Assembly: GCF_001194135.2 (NCBI RefSeq)
Contig: NC_068988.1
Location: 22,702,675 to 22,737,739 of the forward strand
Length of the DNA stretch: 35,065 bases
Origin: Octopus bimaculoides
Lineage: Eukaryota
Direction: 5' to 3'
The first letter of the stretch is position 1. Each line of letters begins with the position of its first letter. This document shows, piece by piece, positions 26,850-35,065 of this stretch. Both the position numbers and the translations under genes were made by a program. The notes under the pieces were generated by a model that worked only from the letters and a program-made list of their open reading frames with translations, was not told where the DNA came from and did no database searches.

Positions 26850-26910
<61 letters not shown>

Positions 26911-26990
26911 GGAGTAGTAGTAGTAGTAATAGTGAATACATGCATACATACATACATACATACGTACATACATGCATACATACATACATA
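26750..26990. repeat. Compound AAC/AAT/ATT/AGT/TACA microsatellite
   Basis: Direct reading. Confidence 0.9.
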
Positions 26991-28696
26991 GACAGGGACA
27001 GTGAAGCGTAACTGGAAAAAACAGCATTTATATGTAAGAAAGCCGAGAACAAATTTAGCAGAAACATTAATAAATGACTTTTAGGAACAACTATGAAAAA
27101 CAAAAAAAAAAAAGGAAAAAGAAAACGAAACTAGCATAGCAATTAACAAACAGAGGAAATAATAAATATGGAAAATATGTAACAAATAATAATTTCTGGC
27201 CGAAAAATCAAAGGAAACTGCAAAATATAATGTTGGAGCGGCATAAAATAAAAAGGGGAAAAAGGAAAGAGAACGAGAATAAAGAATGGAGTTACAGGAG
27301 CAAGGGAAAAATGTGTAGAAAATCAATAGACGCCGTAACTTTGTAGTGATTCCCTTAGGGGTGCGATCCTCGAAGTAAACACTCAGAAAATACATAAACG
27401 GAAGCAATTTGGAAGCAGATCATGGAAAAGATGGAGGCGGGAGGAGGAGCGGGTGGAGAAGAAAGAAAGAAGGGGAAGGATTAGGGAGGAGGAGGCGGGA
27501 GGAAGAGAGAAGACGCGCATACAGATAAAAACATATATACTAACATGCACATATATATATATATATANNNNNNNNNNNNNNNNNNNNNNNNNNNNNNNNN
27601 NNNNNNNNNNNNNNNNNNNNNNNNNNNNNNNNNNNNNNNNNNNNNNNNNNNNNNNNNNNNNNNNNNNNNNNNNNNNNNNNNNNNNNNNNNNNNNNNNNNN
27701 NNNNNNNNNNNNNNNNNNNNNNNNNNNNNNNNNNNNNNNNNNNNNNNNNNNNNNNNNNNNNNNNNNNNNNNNNNNNNNNNNNNNNNNNNNNNNNNNNNNN
27801 NNNNNNNNNNNNNNNNNNNNNNNNNNNNNNNNNNNNNNNNNNNNNNNNNNNNNNNNNNNNNNNNNNNNNNNNNNNNNNNNTATATATATATATATATATA
27901 CATATATATGTATATGCATGTATATGTATATATATATATATATAAATATATATATATATGGATATATATATATGTATATATATAAGTATGTATGTATGTA
28001 TGTATGTATGTATGTATGTAGTACAGGATCGTAAAATGGTAGCCAGTATAACTTCTGACATTTTCTTTACTTCAAGGGAACTGTTTGTTTGTTTGTTTGT
28101 TATTTTTTTTTCGTGTTTTCCCTCTTTCATTAATACTACGACATAAAAATATTATCAAATGGCGTATTTTAGTTGTGTTTTATGGAGATTTTATGCTTAG
28201 GCTATATTATGATTATATCTTCTTATTTTATGTTAACTTTTCTTTTCAAGTATCCATGTGAGAGGGAAAGAGAGAAAAAGAGAGAGGTTGCGGGAATGGT
28301 GAGGATGAGAAAGAACGTAATTACAGAGAAAATGCATGATAGAGAAGCGACTTTCATATTTAGAATCCTGCATTTGTGTGGAAGAATGTTAGTATGTACT
28401 TTTGTTCACATATCTGCTGTCTTTCTAGCAAAACAACACAAGTATATGAATTTCCCTTTTTTTTCTTACAAATGAACGCTAATGCATTTTGTTGCAAATC
28501 AATGTGAATGCATTTCTTACATGTACACGTTTCTGCTTATTTACTTATACGCTTGTCTGTATCCATGTATCTTTACAGGAACTGTATTTGTACATTTACA
28601 CTCACACATACACACACATACAAATAAATCCAAACATTATGCATATATTCATACATCCGTATATGTGTTCTAGGTATATTTAGTTGTGTGAATCTA

Positions 28697-29900
28697 TATA
28701 AATGTTTGATTAAAATAAGGGAAACATCTTGCTACATAGGAGTTATATACGGAGCTTTGGCATCAATCAAAGCTATAGTTTGTCAAGCAATTGACACTTA
28801 CTTCATCTGCTTTATTGCATCTGAAAGGTAGTTGGAAGAATTCTATTTCATTCGTAAGTAAACCCTGCGTTACTTCTTCAGCTACGATGTCTAAAGCGAA
28901 GCGGCTCTTCAGTTACTGCAGTCAATTGCACCATAAATATTATTTTATGCTAAGATCCGATGATTATATTGGGTGGGGATCCAAGCGATTTACTACACAT
29001 TTGTGCTCTTCGTACTAACTATGAATTACATTCACTGTATGTAATTGCTGCATTGTCATCCTAAAATATTGCACTGCACTCAAGAAACAATGTTTGTACC
29101 GTAGGATGGACATGATCATCCAAAATACTCAGATAATGCTTGGTGCTAAATGGCCAAGATATGACAAGATACAACTAAATGGCCAAGATATGACTAGATA
29201 CAGCTAAATGGCCAAGACATGACAAGACACAACTAAATGACCAGGATATGACAAGATAAACTAAATTTCCGAGATGTGACAATATACAATTAAATAGGTG
29301 AGATACGACAAGATAAAATTAAATGACCAAGATATGACAAGATACAACTACATGGCCAAGATATGACTACCAAGTCATCACACAGCCATCTCATATTTCA
29401 TGGCAAAGGTCAAACAGCCAGGGTTGAAAGCTTCATTAGGCTGTCTCCGGACATAAGCTCATCCCAGACTAAGAAATAAAGGCGAATGGTGATTCAAGAG
29501 AGTACATAGCGTTGTTCTATTCTATTCAGCTAATGATCATTTCTGATAGTCTAGACCCCACGTTTTGTCAATGCTGAAGGAGTACGGGAGAGGTTTAAGC
29601 AAAAGCAACACTCCGATGGTATCCGACTTTAGGGAGTTCACAATGAACAGTTTTAGCCCTTCTGTCACTTACCTGCCGTAGTTCAATGATTTTTATTCTG
29701 TGGTCTCTTCCTGTGAACTTTGCATTCCTTAAAATATTATGAGCACCAGAGCTGATTTTACCTTGGTTCTGGAAAGCCAACATCATTGTAGTAACTATAC
29801 CCTCTGAAATATTAAACAATTCAAAAGTTTTAGTAACTGAAGCTCCAGCCATCCGCGCTCCAACAATATGTCTTCTTTAGAACTCAGATAGCTCACTCAT
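28697..29900 (-). pseudogene. Near-complete decayed Tc1-family (DD34E-type) transposase with a probable 3' TIR
   Basis: From ATG at 29900: MSELSEF*RRHIVGARMAGASVTKTFELFNIS...GKISS ... ELPKVGYH ... RRQPNEAFNPGCL ... VMTW ... KHYLSILDDHVHPTVQTLF...IF*DDNA ... SSDLSIK*YLW. TIR-like tataaatgtttgattaaaataagggaaacatct at 28697-28729. Many stops and frameshifts. Confidence 0.9.
29146..29368. repeat. 29-bp minisatellite, about 7.7 copies (consensus CTAAATGGCCAAGATATGACAAGATACAA)
   Basis: Units start at 29146, 29175, 29204, 29233 (28 bp), 29261, 29290, 29319 and 29348 (partial); contiguous, no spacers. Confidence 0.95.
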
Positions 29901-30313
29901 TCTAGGATATTCAGGTCGGAGGCGCTTTTGGCGATATGCCTGAAGAGGCGTCGATAATATCAAGTGCAATAGTGAGCGCCAAGCCACCGGTTTATTTTCA
30001 ATTACTTTATTAGTAAAGTAATACACTTTACATTTGTGTATCAATTCTGTCGTCGTTGTCACTACTTTGTTAAATACATTGAAGGCTATGCCTGCTCTGA
30101 AGAGTTTAAAAAAATCATAATATGCCTGAGTGACAGATTGTACATGCGAAACTGATTAACCTAACAACAGTCAATGAATTAATGTTGTCTTTCCTCTACA
30201 AAAATATTTCTTCTTACATTCTATATTAAATTGTTTAAAATAATTTCTTTTTGTGGTATATCAATATTTCAAAGTTTTTGGTGTATAATGATGTAGAGTT
30301 ATATTGTAATTGT

Positions 30314-30627
30314 GTGGAGGCGCAATGGCCCAGTGGCTAGGGCAGCGGAGTCGCGGTCGGAGGATCGCGGTTTCGATTCCCAGACCGGGCTTTGTGTGTG
30401 CTTATTGAGCGAAAACACCTAAAACTCCACGAGGCTCCCGCAAGGGGTGGTGGTGACCCTTGTTGTACTCTTTCACCCCAACTTTCTCTCACTCTTTATT
30501 CCTGTTCCTTGAGTAACGCTGCGATGGACTGGCGTCCCGTCCAGCTGGAGGGAACACATACGCCATAGAAACCGGGAAACCGAGCCCATGAGCATGTCTA
30601 GGCCTGCAAAGGGCGCAAAAAAAAAGA
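30314..30627 (+). mobile_element. SINE family D, full length, with A-rich tail and 13-14-bp target-site duplication
   Basis: Head gtggaggcgcaatggcccagtgg (A box) ... ggtttcgattccc (B box); body gcgatggactggcgtcccgtccag (V-SINE-like, from recall); flanked by atattgtaattgt(g) at 30301 and 30628. Confidence 0.93.
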
Positions 30628-30637
30628 ATATTGTAAT

Positions 30638-30755
30638 TGTGGATGCGTGTGCCTTAATGATTACGATGCTTTGCTCTCGACCTTTGAGTCATATGTTCTA
30701 TTCCCTCACCCGGACAGGCATTGTCACTTTGGGCGAGTTATTTCATTTCATGTTA
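30638..30755 (+). mobile_element. Very old SINE head/CORE-like remnant
   Basis: tgtggatgcgtgtgccttaatgatta...atgttctattccc...cactttgggcgagttatttcatttc parallels the layout of 21035-21150. Confidence 0.5.
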
Positions 30756-31385
30756 CATTAGTACACTCAACGAGGAAATGTGTACCGGAGACACCTGGAG
30801 ACTGTCCTGCAACACACTGACATCCCGTACAGAGAGGATATTTACACACTCAGATTTTACGCCTTGAAAATATAGATAAGCGAGGTAAACTCTGGTCTCA
30901 CAAGCCTTTAGTCTTGAAGCAAATATATTTAATAATTTTCTCATAACACTTCGGCAAACTGAATATTAAATGTCACTGAGGACTTTTAATCTAACCTGAA
31001 CATGTCCAGTTGAGAATTGTCTTCCGTGTATATTAAAATGTTTATTACTACTGAATAATAGTTTCCTTCAGAAATCCGTATTTCTCTTTAGAATATTTAA
31101 TGTCCTTTAAACTGAATATGATAAAGTAAAATTAACTGTTTGACTGTAATAAGTTTAGCTTTTCGTCTCTTGCATGTTGATGAACAGCGAAATAGTAGGA
31201 CCCAGCTCAATCATTTGCACTTGACTTAATTAGATACTTTATTTTGCTTGCCCCCGAAGGTTTCATTTTTTTAATTTCATTTGTATTTACCATCGAATTA
31301 GAAATTAGGAAAGCCATCAATCTGGGAGGAGTGGAAATCCTCAGCTTATGAAACAAGAATGAATTCTGTAATTACTATAAATATA

Positions 31386-31466
31386 CAGGGATGGTCATAA
31401 GTCGCTTTACTCATCCCTTTATTATTATTAAAAATGGGTGTGTAAAGCGACTTATGGTCATCCCTG
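31386..31466. mobile_element. 81-bp Tc1/mariner-type MITE
   Basis: TA-flanked on both sides; TIR cagggatggtcataagtcgctttac pairs at 23/25 with the right end. Confidence 0.85.
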
Positions 31467-31658
31467 TATATTCAACGGCCTATATGGTTGCAAGTGTTCT
31501 CAGTGATTGCTATTTCCGTTTTTGTAGCTTTGGGTGTCTTTGTTACTGGTTTATGTTTATCGTTGTTAATCACGCATTAGTCTTGATCGCGTTGAATTAT
31601 AGACAACGTTGATCTAAACGCGGTAATTCTCTAATGCAAAGTCACTGACGTCACGATA

Positions 31659-32202
31659 CAGGGTAGCCCAAAAGTAGGTTTACAGTTATTCAACTATCCC
31701 TTTCGCATTCATATATTAACAGTTTAGATCTTAATTATGAAAATATATGAAACCATTATGTTAATTTAGTTAATTTCTTCATGCTCCATTTACAAGCCAT
31801 TCCAGCATTGGTTTGGAAGATGGGGCAGCATCGAATGGCCACCACGTTCACCTGACCTGACACTAATGGATTTCTTTTTTGGGGGTGTTGTAAAGAACAA
31901 GGTTTATGAGAAGAATCCCAAAACAGTAAATGAATTAAAAGATTACATTTCTGACGCATTCACTGAAATTATTGGAGATCGGAATCTGTGTTACACAGCA
32001 TGTCAGAATGTTCTGAAGAGGTTTGAAGAATGTTGCAATGTTGAAGGAGGACATTTTGAGCATCTGAGAGATTAAACTTTGTCTGTTTAAGATGTGCCTA
32101 AACAATATGATTGTAAGACAGAAATTTAAATGTAATGAAATGTTTTAAAAGAAATTTAAAGTGTCTACGTGATAACTGTACACTTATATTTGGCCCAGTC
32201 TG
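31659..32202 (+). mobile_element. Internally deleted rosa/DD41D-like element (TIRs plus transposase C-terminus)
   Basis: TA-flanked; TIRs cagggtagcccaaaagtaggtttacagttat and its counterpart match at 23/31; frame about 31800-32075 reads WFGRWGSIEWPPRSPDLTLMDFFFGGVVKNKVYEKNPKTVNELK...VEGGHFEHL. Confidence 0.9.
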
Positions 32203-32477
32203 TATAACAGCAACCAGTTTCTACCGATTACATTATTTATTTTCTTGTTCATGCATTACGAAATGCTTCTCTCAACTTCGTTAAAATGGGATTACGGTGC
32301 TAGGATAATCTGATTCAAGATTATGGAGGATAGTCACACTAATGAATAGGCGAGTTTAGATTCATTAGATACAACCATATAAATGCATTTTCTGGGTATT
32401 TATTTTTTATTTGAAAAAAAAGAAAAATCCAGGCAAACGATTCTTTGATCTGGAACGTTAACTTTCGATAGTAATTT

Positions 32478-32866
32478 TTGTTGTCGTTGGCACTCCGTCG
32501 CTTACGACGTTGAGGGTTCCAGTTGATCCGTTCAACGGAACAGCCTGCTCGTGAAATTAACGTGCAAGTGGCTGAGCACTCCACAGACACGTGCACCCTT
32601 AACGTAGTTCTCGGGGTTATTCAGCGTGACACAGTGTGACAAGGCTGGCCCTTTGAACTACAGGTACAACAAAAGCAGTAAGTAAGAGTGAGAGAAAGTT
32701 GTGGTGGAAGAGTACAAGAGGGTTCGCCACCATCCCCTGCCGGTGCCTCGTAGAGCTTTTGGTGTTTTCGCGCAATAAACACTCACAACGCCCGGTCTGG
32801 GAATCGAAACCATGATCTTATGACCGCGAGTCCGCTGCCCTAACCACTGGGCCATTGCGCTTCCAC
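32478..32866 (-). mobile_element. SINE with family D head joined to module C tail
   Basis: 32866 down to about 32672 matches the head of 30314-30505; 32670 down to 32488 matches 13635-13794; ends in a CAA-like short-repeat tail. Confidence 0.9.
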
Positions 32867-33007
32867 CTTTTGATAGTAGATACTAATGTTAAATTCGTGA
32901 AGGTAATTTCTGGGTAAATCATTTTGTATATTACATTCCAAATACGACTCTCTGAAAATCTTGGAACATCATTTAAGCTTTCTAAGACGTCATATAAACT
33001 ATTACGA

Positions 33008-33150
33008 TTTCTGCCGGGGTTGACTTTGCCTTTCATCTTTTCGAGATCGATAAAATAAGTACCAGTTAAGCATTGGGGTCGATGTAATCGGTTTGCTCTG
33101 TCTTTCTCTCCTGAAATTTCTGGCCTTGTGCCAAAATTCGAAATCATTAT
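33008..33150 (+). mobile_element. SINE family B, 3' half
   Basis: ttgactttgcctttcatcttttcgagatcgataaaataagtaccag...ggggtcgatgtaatcg...ggccttgtgcc; homologous to 6163-6300. Confidence 0.85.
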
Positions 33151-33510
33151 TTTATGTATAATTATTATTCGCAAAGGATTATCAAACGGATTATCTTTGG
33201 CAAGTGTCACAACAAGTAACTGCGCGTAAGTATTCACACTCGACGCACTTCGTGATAAAACAGCGCGATTTAAACAGGAAACTAATAATAAACATATAAC
33301 TACTTTGAATGTTTCCAGCACAATCTTATATACAAGAAAATATACATTCGTTAACCAATAATATAAAGATGAGCAATCAGACAGTCAAGTCACAATGTTT
33401 AAACCATAAAAATTAAGTGTTCTCTTAACTGGCAATGCGATTAACAATTCTCAAATGCATCGAGGAAACATGTCATGCAGCTATGTATGTACGTATGTAT
33501 GCATGTATGC

Positions 33511-33552
<42 letters not shown>

Positions 33553-34219
33553 NNNNNNNNNNNNNNNNNNNNNNNNNNNNNNNNNNNNNNNNNNNNNNNN
33601 NNNNNNNNNNNNNNNNNNNNNNNNNNNNNNNNNNNNNNNNNNNNNNNNNNNNNNNNNNNNNNNNNNNNNNNNNNNNNNNNNNNNNNNNNNNNNNNNNNNN
33701 NNNNNNNNNNNNNNNNNNNNNNNNNNNNNNNNNNNNNNNNNNNNNNNNNNNNNNNNNNNNNNNNNNNNNNNNNNNNNNNNNNNNNNNNNNNNNNNNNNNN
33801 NNNNNNNNNNNNNNNNNNNNNNNNNNNNNNNNNNNNNNNNNNNNNNNNNNNNNNNNNNNNNNNNNNNNNNNNNNNNNNNNNNNNNNNNNNNNNNNNNNNN
33901 NNNNNNNNNNNNNNNNNNNNNNNNNNNNNNNNNNNNNNNNNNNNNNNNNNNNNNNNNNNNNNNNNNNNNNNNNNNNNNNNNNNNNNNNNNNNNNNNNNNN
34001 NNNNNNNNNNNNNNNNNNNNNNNNNNNNNNNNNNNNNNNNNNNNNNNNNNNNNNNNNNNNNNNNNNNNNNNNNNNNNNNNNNNNNNNNNNNNNNNNNNNN
34101 NNNNNNNNNNNNNNNNNNNNNNNNNNNNNNNNNNNNNNNNNNNNNNNNNNNNNNNNNNNNNNNNNNNNNNNNNNNNNNNNNNNNNNNNNNNNNNNNNNNN
34201 NNNNNNNNNNNNNNNNNNN

Positions 34220-34272
<53 letters not shown>

Positions 34273-34925
34273 GTTTGTATGTGTGTGTGTGTGCGTGCGT
34301 GTGTGTGTTTGTACACACACATGCGCACTGATGCACACACACACACATACTGTTATACTGTATATGCATGTTCTTATCGATATGTGTACGTCTGTACGCG
34401 TGCATGCCAACTGGAATTAAAATATAAACAGCTTGAATCCACCAATATCCTATTCCCTGCAGCGTATTTATTCTGCATAATTCTCCATCAAATGTTTGCT
34501 CTTGGGGACTATTCTAATAATATCATGAATTCTTCAAAATACTAAAAGAATCCAAACTTTGAATACATTCTATCAAATACATTAAAATCATTTATCGAAA
34601 TAGCACCTTGCAAAATTTATATGATTCCGACTAAAATTTAAAGTTATTCAAAATTTAAAAGATTAGCCGTATCATTATTATTTTGTTCTTTCCCCGATTT
34701 TTGTGTTAGCATCGTGGTAGACATGGTGTAATAAATTCATGGGCTTCCGTCTTACACATATACAGAGATATCTATTTTATCGACTGTAAATGACGGAAAG
34801 GCAATTTTATCTTCAGCGTAAAAAGTGGGTGGATCTGTCTAAATTAAATACCACAGCATCTATTTCGCGATACCACATTTTGTTTACTCTACGCCTACGT
34901 ATACATACATTCAACGAATTGCCAA

Positions 34926-34962
<37 letters not shown>

Positions 34963-35065
34963 CGTCGCACACATACACTTGCTTATTAACTCCATCATTT
35001 GCTCTCACAAAAACGAAAACAATCCCTATATGAAGCCACCGATGTTGTTTCATTATATATATATA

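Noticed and set aside
29146-29368. CRISPR-like array (29-bp repeats)
   Set aside because: Units are head-to-tail with no spacers, there is no cas-like ORF, and the context is eukaryotic.
30314-30390. tRNA gene
   Set aside because: A/B boxes are present but the sequence continues into a SINE body with tail and TSD; the same applies to the other SINE heads.
28697-32202. Fanzor/TnpB-like nuclease cargo beside the Tc1/mariner elements
   Set aside because: No ORF or RuvC/zinc-finger-like motif found within or next to these relics on manual reading.

Overview
AT-rich, microsatellite-dense eukaryotic DNA from a gapped short-read assembly (about 11% N, 12 gaps). The SINE repertoire and repeat style point to an octopod cephalopod (Octopus-like); this is inferred from recalled repeat families, not a search. 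I recognise no intact host protein-coding gene, tRNA/rRNA gene or CRISPR array, and most of the ORF track is noise from N-runs and simple repeats. The window is intergenic or intronic transposon debris: about 13 copies or fragments of at least 4 tRNA-derived SINE types, one near-complete decayed Tc1 (DD34E-type) transposase, three decayed rosa/DD41D-like transposase relics, an 81-bp MITE and several long inverted repeats. Best observations: a 29-bp minisatellite inside, and apparently derived from, the Tc1 catalytic domain; SINEs with swapped head/tail modules; long near-perfect hairpins that could be dsRNA/ADAR substrates if transcribed; and a few unconfirmed exon candidates. I found no convincing new multi-gene system.
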